Origin: Roseiflexaceae bacterium
GTDB taxonomy: Bacteria; Chloroflexota; Chloroflexia; Chloroflexales; Roseiflexaceae
NCBI GenBank assembly: GCA_042408595.1
Contig: JBHOQX010000107.1
Span: 36,432 to 100,431 of the forward strand
Direction of reading: 5' to 3'
Length of the DNA: 64,000 nt
Below, piece after piece: positions 30,452-40,820 of the stretch; the first letter of the stretch is position 1, and each line of letters opens with the position of its first letter. A program made the translations under genes and the position numbers. A model generated the notes under the pieces. It did not search any database and had not been told where the DNA came from. It worked only from the letters and a program-made list of their open reading frames with translations.

Positions 30452-31429
30452 CTACAGCACAAGTTGGGCGTAGAGGCTCTCCAGGCTGAGGTCCTGACGC
30501 ACCGTCTCGCTCGATGCGAGCGTCAGCGTCGCAGCGCTGACGCCAAGGCGCACGGCCTCATCGATCGGGATGTCATGCAGCAGGCCATAGAGCACGGTCG
30601 CGGTCAACGCATCGCTCGCACCGGTCGAGTCGACGACCTCGGTGCGCAACGCCGGCACATGCCCGCTCAGGTCGGCGGTGGCGTACACCAGCCCGGCATC
30701 CGCCATGGTGATGATGGCGATCTGCACGCCGTCGGCGATCAGCGCCTTTGCCGCGCGGATCGCCTGGTCAACATCCTCCGCCGGCAGGCCGGTCAGCCCG
30801 CGCGCCTCGACGGCGTTCGGCGTCACCAGGGCGAACGCGCCGACAATCGGCCGGTAGCGCACGGCGCGCACATAGGCCACCGGGTCGAGTCCGACCGGCA
30901 CCCCGGCCGCCTGGCAGATCGCCAGCAGCGCCTCGGCCGATTCGCGCGGCAGGTTGGCGTCGATCATCACGAAGTGCGCGCTGGTCAGCAGCTCGGCGTG
31001 CGCCTGAATGTAATCGGGTGTCAGCGCCGCGATCGCCCGGGTATCGTCGATCCCGGCGAGCAGTTGGCCGTGCGCGTTCTGCAGTGCGATATACGCCGCC
31101 GAGTGCCGGTCGCAGGTGACCAGCACGTGATCGGTGTTCACCCCCGCCTGCTCCGTCTGATGAATAATGACGCGGCCGAAGTCGTCCTGGCAGACGGCGG
31201 TCAGCAGGGCGACCGGCGCGCCGAGCCGGGCGAGATTCTCGGCGATGTTGCGCGCGCACCCGCCAACGCTGATTCGCACATCGCCCGGATTCGAGGTGCC
31301 GGCGACGATGTCGCCACGCACCTGGCCCTTGATGTCGAGGCAGGCCGCGCCGGCCACCACGAACTCCACGGCGGCGTTGTCGGTATCGCTCGCAGGCGAG
31401 GCTTTACTTCTTGGCGCCATCCCGACCAT
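30452..31429 (-). CDS. PfkB-family carbohydrate/nucleoside kinase (ribokinase-like)
   Basis: GG dipeptide region VSVGGCARNIA. C-terminal anion-hole motif VVDSTGASDALTA (DTxGAGD-like). Confidence 0.75.
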   Translation of the reverse strand: MVGMAPRSKASPASDTDNAAVEFVVAGAACLDIKGQVRGDIVAGTSNPGDVRISVGGCARNIAENLARLGAPVALLTAVCQDDFGRVIIHQTEQAGVNTDHVLVTCDRHSAAYIALQNAHGQLLAGIDDTRAIAALTPDYIQAHAELLTSAHFVMIDANLPRESAEALLAICQAAGVPVGLDPVAYVRAVRYRPIVGAFALVTPNAVEARGLTGLPAEDVDQAIRAAKALIADGVQIAIITMADAGLVYATADLSGHVPALRTEVVDSTGASDALTATVLYGLLHDIPIDEAVRLGVSAATLTLASSETVRQDLSLESLYAQLVL

Positions 31430-32597
31430 CTTTTCGCGGCTCCGGCGGGAGCAGGGTATACTCGCCGTCGAGCGTCCAATCCGATGTCGCCCGAATGGCC
31501 TGGATCACGACCTCCGGCGTCAGCGGCACATCCGCGCTCCGCAGCGCATGGACCAACTGGCGCATGCGCTCGGCTTCGATCTCGGCCTCCGCGCCGAGCA
31601 CCAGTTTGACGCGTGTCGCCTCGCGCTGCGCCTCGATCTCCTTTTCCATAGTTTCGCGCTCGAGCGCCGCCTTGAGATTGGCATTGCGGAAGCGCTCGCC
31701 GGGCACGGTGACGGTTTCAAAGCGCAGTTCGATGATCTCAACGCCATGGTTCCGCGCCAACTCGTCCATGCGCCGCCGCGCCTGTTCGGCCAGTTCATCG
31801 CGCCGCCGGAACGTCTCCACCGCGTTGGTGCCGGCGGTGAAGACGACCTCGCGCACGACATCGTCCACTTCTTCCTCGATCTGCTTGCGCAGCACTCGCT
31901 CCCAGAAGACCGGATCGTTGCGCGCGTCGGCGAGCGACTTGCTCAGCTCCTGGGCGACCTCGTTCTGGAAGGTGCCCTGGTTGGGGATGCCGCTCATCAC
32001 CCGCTGGGGAAGCTCGCGGGAGACCTGGTAGAGTACATGGACGACGATCTTGTCGACATTATGTCCCGCCTGTGTGTTGATGTTCTCGACGGTCACATCG
32101 CTGTCGAGCACATAGAGCGGGATACGGGCGATCTGCGCTTCGAGCAGCGGAAGCGGCCCAGGCGCGATCGGCCCGATCGCGCGCTCGACCTGGCCGGTCC
32201 AGACATTGGCGATCAGGACGGCATGGTCGGATGGGACGGCGAGCACGTTGCCGCGTACGGCGCGGAAGAGCAGGTAGAGCAGAACCAGCCATAGGACGGT
32301 AGCCAGCACCGCAGCGAACCGACCGTAGGTGCTCTGGATAACGACATAGACGGTGAGGCTGGAGATGAACGCCGTGGTGATCACCACCGCCGTGAGCCCC
32401 TGCCAGCCGCGATACAGCACGACCGGCAGCGCAATCGCCAGGATGAGCGCCGCCAGAATGCCGCCGATGCGGGTGATATCCAGCACCAGGGCCAGCGCGA
32501 TAAGCGATCCGAGCAAGATCGCCATCACGAGCTGAGCGGCAACCAGGCGCGCCGCGTCGCGCCGGTCACCGGTGGATGGGGTCGTCACAGTGGACAT
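31404..32597 (-). CDS. SPFH/band-7 domain membrane protein
   Basis: Several N-terminal TM helices. An SPFH core follows (DKIVVHVLYQVS...), then a coiled-coil Glu/Arg-rich region. Confidence 0.7.
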   Translation of the reverse strand: MSTVTTPSTGDRRDAARLVAAQLVMAILLGSLIALALVLDITRIGGILAALILAIALPVVLYRGWQGLTAVVITTAFISSLTVYVVIQSTYGRFAAVLATVLWLVLLYLLFRAVRGNVLAVPSDHAVLIANVWTGQVERAIGPIAPGPLPLLEAQIARIPLYVLDSDVTVENINTQAGHNVDKIVVHVLYQVSRELPQRVMSGIPNQGTFQNEVAQELSKSLADARNDPVFWERVLRKQIEEEVDDVVREVVFTAGTNAVETFRRRDELAEQARRRMDELARNHGVEIIELRFETVTVPGERFRNANLKAALERETMEKEIEAQREATRVKLVLGAEAEIEAERMRQLVHALRSADVPLTPEVVIQAIRATSDWTLDGEYTLLPPEPRKDGRDGAKK

Positions 32598-33545
32598 CTA
32601 CACCTCCAGCAAGACCTTGAGCCGCCCACGGGCCGCGCCGAACGCGGCCACCCCCTGATCAAGCCGAAACGACGCCGCGATCAGCGGCTCGGTCAGCACC
32701 AGGCCGCGCGCCAGCAGGCGCAGCGCCGGCGCGAACGGGCCGCAGCGCGAGCCGAGCACCTGAATCTCGTCCACCACGACGGCGGTCACATCCAGGCCGG
32801 ACGCGCCGGCGATCGTGCTCTTCAGCACGAGCCGGCCACGGGGCCGCACCAGCTGCCGCGCCACCGCCAGGCCGGCTGCCTGCCCGGTGCACTCCACGAC
32901 AACATCGAACGAGGCCGCCGGAAGCGCTGCCGCGTCCTGCGTTGCGGCGATGCCCAACTCCTGGAGCAGGCCCCAGCGCTCCGGGTGCCGCCCGACGACT
33001 GCCACCTCGCAGCCGGGCAGGCGCAGCACCTGCGCGCAGAGCAGGCCGAGCTTGCCGTCGCCGACGAGCGCGATCCGGTCCGTGGGCCGGATATGCGCCT
33101 GCTCGAGTATCTCCAGCGCCGCCGCCAGCGGCTCGGTGAAGACCGCCGCGCTGTCCGCCACGCCGTCCGGCACGGCGTGGAGGCACCCGACGGGCAGGCT
33201 GAACCGCTCGGCCATGGCGCCGTCGCGCCCGGCGATCCCGAGCGTCGTGCGCTGCGGGCAGTGGCTGCTCTCACCGCGGGCGCACCAGGCGCAACGGAAG
33301 CAGGCCGCGTTGATCTCGCCGACCACGCGCCGCCCGCGCCAGGCCCCGTCGTCACAGGCAACGACCGTGCCGACGAATTCGTGCCCGAGCACGCCACGAA
33401 AGCCCATATAGCCGCGAGTGATCTCGATATCCGTATTGCAGATGCCGACCAAATGCGGGCGAATGATCGCCTCGCCGGGGCGGAGTGCCGGCTCAGGGTA
33501 GTCCGTCGCCAGCCGGAGCTGGCCATCGAACAGCAGTGCGTGCAT
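32598..33545 (-). CDS. Zinc-dependent alcohol dehydrogenase (MDR superfamily)
   Basis: GHEFVGTVV catalytic-Zn motif. Structural-Zn Cys cluster CFRCAWCARGESSHC. The ORF-track entry is over-extended upstream; the start is taken at MHALLFDG. Confidence 0.8.
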   Translation of the reverse strand: MHALLFDGQLRLATDYPEPALRPGEAIIRPHLVGICNTDIEITRGYMGFRGVLGHEFVGTVVACDDGAWRGRRVVGEINAACFRCAWCARGESSHCPQRTTLGIAGRDGAMAERFSLPVGCLHAVPDGVADSAAVFTEPLAAALEILEQAHIRPTDRIALVGDGKLGLLCAQVLRLPGCEVAVVGRHPERWGLLQELGIAATQDAAALPAASFDVVVECTGQAAGLAVARQLVRPRGRLVLKSTIAGASGLDVTAVVVDEIQVLGSRCGPFAPALRLLARGLVLTEPLIAASFRLDQGVAAFGAARGRLKVLLEV

Positions 33546-33668
33546 GGGGCCTCTCCAGGGCAGGCGCCGGGAGATGCGGCAGAGTGCCTGGGACGCGATG
33601 CAGCGCCGGCGGGCCGAACTGGTATGCATTATACTACACTGGAAGGTTATATCGCAACAGCATGACTT

Positions 33669-34628
33669 TTGGGGGGTTCCGCCGTGCGCATTGTCTTTCT
33701 GGGAACGCCCGATTTCGCCGCCATCCCGCTGCGTGCGCTCGCGGCGGATGGGCGCTACGAACTGGTTGGGGTCGTCACGCAGCCTGATCGGCCCGCCGGG
33801 CGCGGCCAGGCGCTGCGCGAGGCGCCGGTGAAGCGCGCCGCCCGCGAGCTCGGGCTGGCGGTGCCGGTGCTCCAGCCGGAGACCCTCAAGGATCCGGCAG
33901 TCGTCGCGCAGGTCGCCGCGCTGCGGCCGGATGTCGGCGTAGTGGCGGCCTACGGCGAAATTCTGCGCCAGGATGTGCTGGCGATCCCGCCGCACGGCTA
34001 CGTGAACCTGCATCCGTCGCTGCTGCCGCGGCACCGCGGCCCGATGCCGGTGGCTGGCGCGATCCTGGCCGGCGATACGGAGACGGGTGTGACGGTCATG
34101 CAGCTTGTGGCGAAGATGGACGCCGGCCCGATCATCGCGCAGGAGCGCGTGCCGCTCGCGCCCGACGCCCGCACCGGCCCCTTGACGATCGAGCTGTTCG
34201 AGCGGGGCGCGGCGCTGCTGGCGGCGACGCTCGCACCATACTGCGCCGGCGAGCTTGTACCGCAGGCCCAGGATGAAAGCCAGGCGACCTACACCCGCCG
34301 GCTCACGCGCGCCGATGGCCAGATCGACTGGACGCTCCCGGCGGAGCAGATCGAGCGGATGACCCGCGCCTACGATCCATGGCCGGGTGCGTTCACGACC
34401 TTTCGTGGCCAGCCGCTCAAGATCATCGCGGCGCGGCCGGAACCGGGCTGGCGCGGCACAGAACCGCCCGGAACGCTGCTAGACGGCCCGGCGGGGCTGC
34501 GGGTCGCCACTGGCGCGGGCGCACTGGAGCTGCTGGTCGTCCAGCCCGCCGGCCGGCGCGCGCTCGCCGCGGCGGATTGGCGGCGCGGCCTGCGGCCCGA
34601 CCCCGCAGGCGAACGGCTGGGCGCCTGA
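33669..34628 (+). CDS. fmt: Methionyl-tRNA formyltransferase
   Basis: IVFLGTPDFA, HPSLLPRHRGPMPV (the SLLP motif). C-terminal Fmt domain. Confidence 0.85.
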   Translation: MGGSAVRIVFLGTPDFAAIPLRALAADGRYELVGVVTQPDRPAGRGQALREAPVKRAARELGLAVPVLQPETLKDPAVVAQVAALRPDVGVVAAYGEILRQDVLAIPPHGYVNLHPSLLPRHRGPMPVAGAILAGDTETGVTVMQLVAKMDAGPIIAQERVPLAPDARTGPLTIELFERGAALLAATLAPYCAGELVPQAQDESQATYTRRLTRADGQIDWTLPAEQIERMTRAYDPWPGAFTTFRGQPLKIIAARPEPGWRGTEPPGTLLDGPAGLRVATGAGALELLVVQPAGRRALAAADWRRGLRPDPAGERLGA

Positions 34629-34741
34629 ATTCACCCGCCTCTCATCCCTCGCAGCGCGCCGGATGGTATACTAATAGGAGCGGGGTCGTGCCCGTGCGAT
34701 GCGGGGCGTCGCTGCCCCGATGGCTTTGTTGAGATAATTCC

Positions 34742-36007
34742 ATGCGACGAATTGCTCAGTCGATCGCTCGCTTCCAAGCGCCGATGTGGCTGCTCGTGCC
34801 GCTGCTGGCGCTGATGCTGCTGCTCGGGTTCGGCGGCGGTTATGTCGCCGCGATCCGTCTGACCTCTCCCTGCCCCGAGTCGCGCGAGGTCTGTGCCAAG
34901 TTCGCGAACTTCTGGAAAGCCTGGGATATCGCCGAAGCGAACTATGTCGACCCCTCGGCGCTCGATCCGGCGCGCATGACCGACGGCGCGATCGAGGGCA
35001 TGCTCGACAGCCTGGGCGATCGGGGCCACACCCGCTACCTTTCGGCGGAGACGGCCAAGGCCGAGCGCGAGTCGCTCGCCGGGAAGTTCGAAGGCATCGG
35101 GGCGTATATCGATGTACGCGACGACCAGCCGATGATCGTCCAGCCGATCGAAGGTTCGCCGGCGGAGCGGGCCGGCATCCAGCCGGGCGACCTGATTCTG
35201 AAGGTCGATGGCGAGGATGTGCGCGGCGTGACGATCGACCAGCTTCGGGCGAAAGTCCGCGGGCCGAAAGGCTCGCAGGTGCGGCTGACGCTGCGCCACG
35301 CCGGCACGGAGGGGTCGTACGAGGTGACGATCACCCGCGCGGAGATCAATGTCCCGGCGGTCTCGTGGCGCATGCTGGCCGATCGTGTCGCCTACATCAA
35401 ACTCGTCCAGTTCTCGTCGCCGTCGTCCGAGCAGATGAAACAGGCGCTGAGCGATGCACAGGCCCAGGGCGCGCGGGCGATCGTGCTCGATCTGCGCAAC
35501 AACCCGGGCGGGCTGGTGAACGAATTGGTGGAGATCGCCAGCCAGTTTCTACCGAAAGACACCACCGTGCTGCTCGAGCAGAACCGCAACGGCGAGCGCA
35601 CACCCTACAAGACCCGTGAGGGCGGTGTGGCGCTGACGATCCCGCTGGTCGTGCTGGTGAATAACAACACCGCCAGCTCGGCCGAGATCCTGGCGGGCGC
35701 GCTGAAGGAGGCCGGCCGCGCCACGGTGATCGGCACGCCGACCTACGGCACGGCGACGGTGCTGCGGCCGTTCGACCTGGACGGTGGGGCACAGCTCCGC
35801 CTGGGCACGACGCAGTGGCTCACGCCCAACGGCGAGGTGGTGCGCAACAAGGGGATCGAGCCGAACGAGAAGGTCGAGCTGCCGCCGGACGCCCGCCCGC
35901 TCTCGCCGGTCGAGGCGGCGAAGCTGAGCGCCGCCGAGCTGAGCAGCATCAGCGATACCCAGCTCGCCCGCGCGCTCGGCATCCTGGGCGAGCTCGCCAG
36001 GCGCTGA
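34742..36007 (+). CDS. Carboxyl-terminal processing protease (S41 family, PDZ-containing)
   Basis: PDZ domain (GIQPGDLILKVDGEDV). S41 catalytic region (LRNNPGGLV...TASSAEILAGAL). Confidence 0.85.
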   Translation: MRRIAQSIARFQAPMWLLVPLLALMLLLGFGGGYVAAIRLTSPCPESREVCAKFANFWKAWDIAEANYVDPSALDPARMTDGAIEGMLDSLGDRGHTRYLSAETAKAERESLAGKFEGIGAYIDVRDDQPMIVQPIEGSPAERAGIQPGDLILKVDGEDVRGVTIDQLRAKVRGPKGSQVRLTLRHAGTEGSYEVTITRAEINVPAVSWRMLADRVAYIKLVQFSSPSSEQMKQALSDAQAQGARAIVLDLRNNPGGLVNELVEIASQFLPKDTTVLLEQNRNGERTPYKTREGGVALTIPLVVLVNNNTASSAEILAGALKEAGRATVIGTPTYGTATVLRPFDLDGGAQLRLGTTQWLTPNGEVVRNKGIEPNEKVELPPDARPLSPVEAAKLSAAELSSISDTQLARALGILGELARR

Positions 36008-36038
36008 TCGTAGGTGAGAGCGCGGCGGCAGGAGCAGC

Positions 36039-38141
36039 TTGCACCGCTGCTGCATGGTTGCGCCGTCAATCCCCATGCGCCGGACCCGACCCGCAAACCA
36101 CATTCGACCGTGGGCGCTGGCGTTGGTGGCCACCGCGCTGCTTGCCCTGGCGTGGCTCACCGGTCCGCTGGGGCGTCTTCTTGTCCTCCTCGCACTGCTG
36201 CTGTTCGCGCCAGGCTACCTGCTGGAGCGGGCGCTGCGCCCCCGGCTCGAGACGCCGTTCGCCCGTCCGGCGCTGTGGCTCGCCTTGAGTCTGAGCAGCG
36301 CCGCGCTCCTCTATGAATGGAGCACGGCGCTCCATCTCCACCTGACCACCGCCGCGCTCGCGTCGCTGCTGGGACTTTGCGCGCTGGCCGCTGCCGCCGC
36401 GGCCTGGCGCGAGCTGGGGCGCGTCCGGCCCGCACCTCCCGGCCCCGCCGTGCTCGGCTGGGCTGGGCTGCTGGCGTTGCTGGCGCTCACCGCCGGGACG
36501 CGCTTCGTTCAGATTCAGGGCCTCGCGCTCCCCGCCTGGGTCGACTCGGTGCACCACGCGCTGATGATCCGGGTGGCGGCCGAGCGGGGCCAGGCACCGC
36601 TGTCGCTCTACCCGTACCTGCCGGTCACGCAGTTGCCGTACCACTGGGGCTACCACGTCGTCATGGCGGCGGCTCTGCAACTCTCCGGCGCGTCGCTGCC
36701 GCAGACCATGCTGTGGGGCGGCCAGGGGCTGAACGCGCTGAGCGGGCTGGCCTGCGCCGCGCTCGCCGCTGCCCTCTGGCGCCGCCCGCTGGCCGGGGTG
36801 ATCGCCGCGCTAGTGGTCGGGCTGGTGTCGATCATGCCGGCGTACTACGTGAGTTGGGGGCGCTACACCCAGCTCACCGGTCTCCTTCTGTTGCCGGCGG
36901 CGGGGCTGCTGTGGCAGGCGGCGCTGCGCGCGCCGTCGCGCGGGCGCTGGGTGGCACTCGCCGTGGTGCTCGCCGGGCTGAGCCTGGTCCACATCCGGGT
37001 GCTGCTGCTGACGCTGGCGCTGCTGGCGGCGCTGCTGGCGGCGTGGGCGGTGCGCGAACCCGCGTTCGTCCTCAGGCAACGCCTCCTCCCCGCGCTGTTA
37101 GCGGGCGCGCTGGCTCTAGCGCTGACCGCCCCCTGGCTCGCGCTGCTGGCGCAGCGCTGGCTCGGCCGGATCGCTGCGGAGCCGGGTGTGCTGGCCGGCA
37201 GCCCGGGAAGCACCGCGCTGCATCTGGATATTCTCTGGGCAGGCACGAACCGCTGGCTGATCGCCCTGGCGCTGGCCGCCGCGCTCTGGGGAATCGCGCG
37301 GCGGCGGCGGGCGGCGGCCGCGCTGGCGCTATGGGTGGCGCTGGTGGTGGCCGCCGCCAACCCCTGGCTGCTGAGATACGTGCTGCCGGCGGCGGGAGCG
37401 GTGGCGCTGGTGCTGGCGGCACAGGTGCGCCGCTGGCTGCCCGCGGTCGTCGGAGCGACGCTACTGTGCTGCAACCCGGCGCTGGTACGCCTGCCGGCGT
37501 CATGGCTTTTGACGAACGATGTGGTTGCCATCAGTCTGTTCGTGCCGCTCAGCGCACTGATCGGTGGGGGCGCATGCCTGGCGTGGGAGGCGCTCGCGCG
37601 GCGGGCCGCATCCGCCGGAGCGTTGGCGCCGCGCGGCGCCCGCCTGGCGGGCGTGGCGGCGCTGGCCGCGCTGGCCATCTGGGGGGCCTGGAACCAGCGC
37701 AGCATTGTCAACCCGGCGACGGTGCTGGCGACCGGGGCGGATGTGGCGGCGATCGCCTGGGTGGCGGAGCACACCCCGCCCGACGCCCGCTTCCTTATCA
37801 ACGCGACCGAATGGCAGCGCGGCTCGGACCGCGCGGTGGATGGCGGCTGGTGGCTGTTGCCGCTCGCAGGCCGGTGGACGAGCACGCCGCCGGTGCTCTA
37901 TATCTTCGGCGACCCGGCCTATGTGCACGAGACGCAGGAGCGCAGCGAGCTGGTGCGCACCCTCACGCCAGCCGACATGCCGCGCCTGCTGGAGCGGATG
38001 CGGCGCGACGGGATCGGGTATGTGTACTTGGGGACGAAGCCCGGCGCGCTGACGAAAGCGATGTTCGCCGGCAACCCGGCGTTTGAGACCGTCTATGATG
38101 CTGGCGGCGTCACCATCCTTGCCGTCCGCCACGGGGCATGA
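36039..38141 (+). CDS. Polytopic GT-C-like membrane protein; paralogue of 50643..53162 (putative lipid-linked-sugar-dependent glycosyltransferase)
   Basis: More than 12 predicted TM helices. A WVDSVHH motif in the first extracytoplasmic loop. Shared SWGRYTQLTG and C-terminal FLINATEWQRGSDRAVDGGWWLLPLAGR motifs with the 839-aa paralogue. Confidence 0.6.
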   Translation: MHRCCMVAPSIPMRRTRPANHIRPWALALVATALLALAWLTGPLGRLLVLLALLLFAPGYLLERALRPRLETPFARPALWLALSLSSAALLYEWSTALHLHLTTAALASLLGLCALAAAAAAWRELGRVRPAPPGPAVLGWAGLLALLALTAGTRFVQIQGLALPAWVDSVHHALMIRVAAERGQAPLSLYPYLPVTQLPYHWGYHVVMAAALQLSGASLPQTMLWGGQGLNALSGLACAALAAALWRRPLAGVIAALVVGLVSIMPAYYVSWGRYTQLTGLLLLPAAGLLWQAALRAPSRGRWVALAVVLAGLSLVHIRVLLLTLALLAALLAAWAVREPAFVLRQRLLPALLAGALALALTAPWLALLAQRWLGRIAAEPGVLAGSPGSTALHLDILWAGTNRWLIALALAAALWGIARRRRAAAALALWVALVVAAANPWLLRYVLPAAGAVALVLAAQVRRWLPAVVGATLLCCNPALVRLPASWLLTNDVVAISLFVPLSALIGGGACLAWEALARRAASAGALAPRGARLAGVAALAALAIWGAWNQRSIVNPATVLATGADVAAIAWVAEHTPPDARFLINATEWQRGSDRAVDGGWWLLPLAGRWTSTPPVLYIFGDPAYVHETQERSELVRTLTPADMPRLLERMRRDGIGYVYLGTKPGALTKAMFAGNPAFETVYDAGGVTILAVRHGA

Positions 38142-38312
38142 TATGATTTCGGCCGTCGGGCGCGCCGTGCCGTCCGGCGATCATCCGGTTGCCAGGCGCT
38201 GTGCGCCGCAGCGGGTGGATGGCGGTCGTCGGTTCGGCGCACGTTCGGTCTCCCCCAGCATGCTATCTGCCCTCGGTGCAGAAGCGGCAAACATAGAGCC
38301 ATCACTACCGCC

Positions 38313-39701
38313 ATGACGACGAGCGACCTCCAGATCAGCGACCGCGAACGAGAGATTCTCCGCCTCGTCGCCACCGGCGCCACCAACCAGCAGATCGCCC
38401 AACAACTGCATATCAGCCCCAACACCGTCAAGGTGCATCTGCGCAATATTTTCGGCAAGATCGGCGTGGCGTCGCGCACCGAGGCCACGCTCTATGCCGT
38501 GCGCACCGGCCTGGTGCAGGTGGGCGAGGCCGCCGTGCCGCCCGGCGCGGAAGCCTCCGCGCCGGCGTCGGAGGCGCCCCAGGCGCCACCATCCACCGGG
38601 CCGCTGGAGGACGCGCCGGCTGTCACGCCGACGCCCGTGCCGGCGGCTGCACCGCGCGCCCGGCTGCACCCCTGGCTGCTTGGAGCGGCCGTTGTGTTCC
38701 TGCTGGCGCTGGCCGCGATCATCTATCTGGTGGCGCGCCCGCTCGCTACGCCGGGCGCACCCGCCGCGACCACGCTTCCCGGCGCTGGCAGCGTGGAGAT
38801 CCCCAAACCCGACCAGCGCTGGCTCGAGCTGCCGCCGATGCCGGCCGGGCGGGCCGGCTTCGCGCTCGCCGGCCAAGTGAGCGGCAGCCAGAGCGCGCTG
38901 TATGTGATCGCTGGCACGAACGGCGGCAGCATTACGGGCGACGTACAGCGCTTCGACCCCGGCAGCCGTGTGTGGACAGCGCTCAGCGCCAAGCCGACCG
39001 CTGTGACGGATGTGCAGGCGGCGGTGATCGGCAACCGGGTGTACGTGCCGGGCGGGCGGCTCGCCTCGGGCGCGATCACCAACGTCCACGAAGCGTACGA
39101 CCCGCAACGCGACCGCTGGGTGACGCTCAAGCCGTTGCCCGCGCCGCGCAGCGGCTACGCCCTGGCGGCGGTGGACGGCAAGCTCTATCTCTTCGGCGGC
39201 TGGGATGGCACGACCTACCGCGCCGATGTCTGGCAGTACAACCCCGACACGGACACCTGGGCGCAACGCACCCCCATGCCGACGGCGCGCGCCTTCGCCG
39301 GCGCGGTCGCCGGCGAGGGCCTAGTGTACATCTTCGGCGGGGAGAACAGCCGCGGTGTGCTCGCCACCAACGAGCGCTATGTGCCCGCCGAGGAGGGCGG
39401 CGCGCCGTGGGCCACTCGCGCGCCGCTGCCCGTGCCGACGAGCCATATGGCCGCGGCGCTCACCAGCGGCATCGCCTTTCTGCTCAGCGGGGCGGAGGCG
39501 CCGGGCCGGCTGATGGTGTACAACCTCGCGCTCGACTCGTGGCAACTCGGCAAGGCGCCGCTGGCTGCGCTGCGCGACCTGCGCGCCCAGGCGCTCGGCA
39601 ACAAGCTGTACATCCTGGGCGGCCAGGGCGCCGAGGGCATCAGCCCACGCGCCTACGAATACCAGGCGATGATCAATATCGTGCTGCCGCTCGCCCCGTA
39701 G
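38313..39701 (+). CDS. One-component regulator: N-terminal LuxR-family HTH, single TM helix, C-terminal Kelch-repeat beta-propeller
   Basis: EREILRLVATGATNQQIAQQLHISPNTVKVHLRNIFGKIGV (LuxR HTH). TM LGAAVVFLLALAAIIYLV. At least five Kelch blades (YVIAGTNGG..., VYVPGGR..., LYLFGGWDG..., VYIFGGEN..., LYILGGQG). Confidence 0.75.
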   Translation: MTTSDLQISDREREILRLVATGATNQQIAQQLHISPNTVKVHLRNIFGKIGVASRTEATLYAVRTGLVQVGEAAVPPGAEASAPASEAPQAPPSTGPLEDAPAVTPTPVPAAAPRARLHPWLLGAAVVFLLALAAIIYLVARPLATPGAPAATTLPGAGSVEIPKPDQRWLELPPMPAGRAGFALAGQVSGSQSALYVIAGTNGGSITGDVQRFDPGSRVWTALSAKPTAVTDVQAAVIGNRVYVPGGRLASGAITNVHEAYDPQRDRWVTLKPLPAPRSGYALAAVDGKLYLFGGWDGTTYRADVWQYNPDTDTWAQRTPMPTARAFAGAVAGEGLVYIFGGENSRGVLATNERYVPAEEGGAPWATRAPLPVPTSHMAAALTSGIAFLLSGAEAPGRLMVYNLALDSWQLGKAPLAALRDLRAQALGNKLYILGGQGAEGISPRAYEYQAMINIVLPLAP

Positions 39702-39726
39702 CATGCCCGAAGGCGACAGGAAACCT

Positions 39727-40809
39727 ATGCGCGTGCTGTTTACGTGTGGGCGAGAGCCGCAGTACACCCGCAACCAAGTCATCCTCAAGGCGCTCCGCCG
39801 CACCACGGAGGTTATCGAGATCACCGACAGCCACAAGAGCTACCCGATCCGGCACCTGCGGCTGCTCGGCAAACTCCTCGCCGGCTCCCGGAGGCACGAT
39901 GTCGTGTTCGTCGGCTTCTACGGCTACCTGCTAGTGTTCCTTGCCCGGCTGCTGTCGCGCCGCCCGCTGATCTTCGACGCCTACCTGTCGACGTATAACA
40001 CCCTGTGCTTCGACCGCCGGACCTTCGCGCCGAACTCGCTCGTGGGGCGGATGGCCTTCTGGCTCGACAAGCTGGCCTGCTCGATCGCCGATGTCGTGGT
40101 GGTGGATACGCGAGCGCACCTGAACTACTTCGTCGAGACCTACGGCCTGCCGCCGGAGAAGTTCGCCGTGCTGTACCTCGGCTGCGACGAGGAGCTGTTC
40201 TACCCGCGCCGCCCGCCGAGCGGGCCGCAGTTCAAGGTCTTTTACTACGGCTCCTACCTGCCGCTCCAAGGGATCGAATACATCATCCGCGCCGCGAAAC
40301 TGCTGGAAGACCAGCCGGACATCGTCTTCCAGATCGCCGGGCAGGGTATGCGCTATGCCGAGATGCGCGACCTGGCCGCATCGCTCGGCTGCCGCAACAT
40401 CGAATTCATCGACTGGATTCCGTACGCGCGCCTGCCGGAGTACATCGCCGAGGCGTCCGTCTGCCTCGGTGGTCACTTCTCGAACAGCGACAAGGCGCAG
40501 AATGTGATCGCCACCAAGACCTACCAGTTCCTCGCCATGGCCAAGCCGACGATCGTCGGTGCATGCGCCGCCAATGCTGAGATCTTCACCCATGGCGAGC
40601 ACGTCTACATGTGCCGGATGGCCGACCCGCGCTCGCTGGCCGACGCGATCCTGGCGCTGCGGGCCGACGGCGCCCTGCGCCGGACGATCGCCTGGGGCGG
40701 CTACCTGCAGTTCGCCGAGCGCTACAGCACGCCGCGCCTCGGCGAAGTGATTCAGGAGATCATCCAGCAAGCGTGCGCACCCGCGCGCCGCAATACACTG
40801 CCGCGATAA
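39727..40809 (+). CDS. Glycosyltransferase family 1 (GT4)-like
   Basis: The start is taken at MRVLFTCG with an AGGAAA RBS, and it overlaps the stop of the upstream regulator. The C-terminal half resembles a GT4 core (FQIAGQG...ATKTYQFLAMAKPTIV). Confidence 0.65.
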   Translation: MRVLFTCGREPQYTRNQVILKALRRTTEVIEITDSHKSYPIRHLRLLGKLLAGSRRHDVVFVGFYGYLLVFLARLLSRRPLIFDAYLSTYNTLCFDRRTFAPNSLVGRMAFWLDKLACSIADVVVVDTRAHLNYFVETYGLPPEKFAVLYLGCDEELFYPRRPPSGPQFKVFYYGSYLPLQGIEYIIRAAKLLEDQPDIVFQIAGQGMRYAEMRDLAASLGCRNIEFIDWIPYARLPEYIAEASVCLGGHFSNSDKAQNVIATKTYQFLAMAKPTIVGACAANAEIFTHGEHVYMCRMADPRSLADAILALRADGALRRTIAWGGYLQFAERYSTPRLGEVIQEIIQQACAPARRNTLPR

Positions 40810-40820
40810 GGGAGACCCCC

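Noticed and set aside
32598-34034. N-terminal 163-aa extension of the alcohol dehydrogenase ORF
   Set aside because: The extension is Arg-rich and unconserved-looking. MDR alcohol dehydrogenases start at MHALLFDG-type sequences. An ATG is present at 33545.
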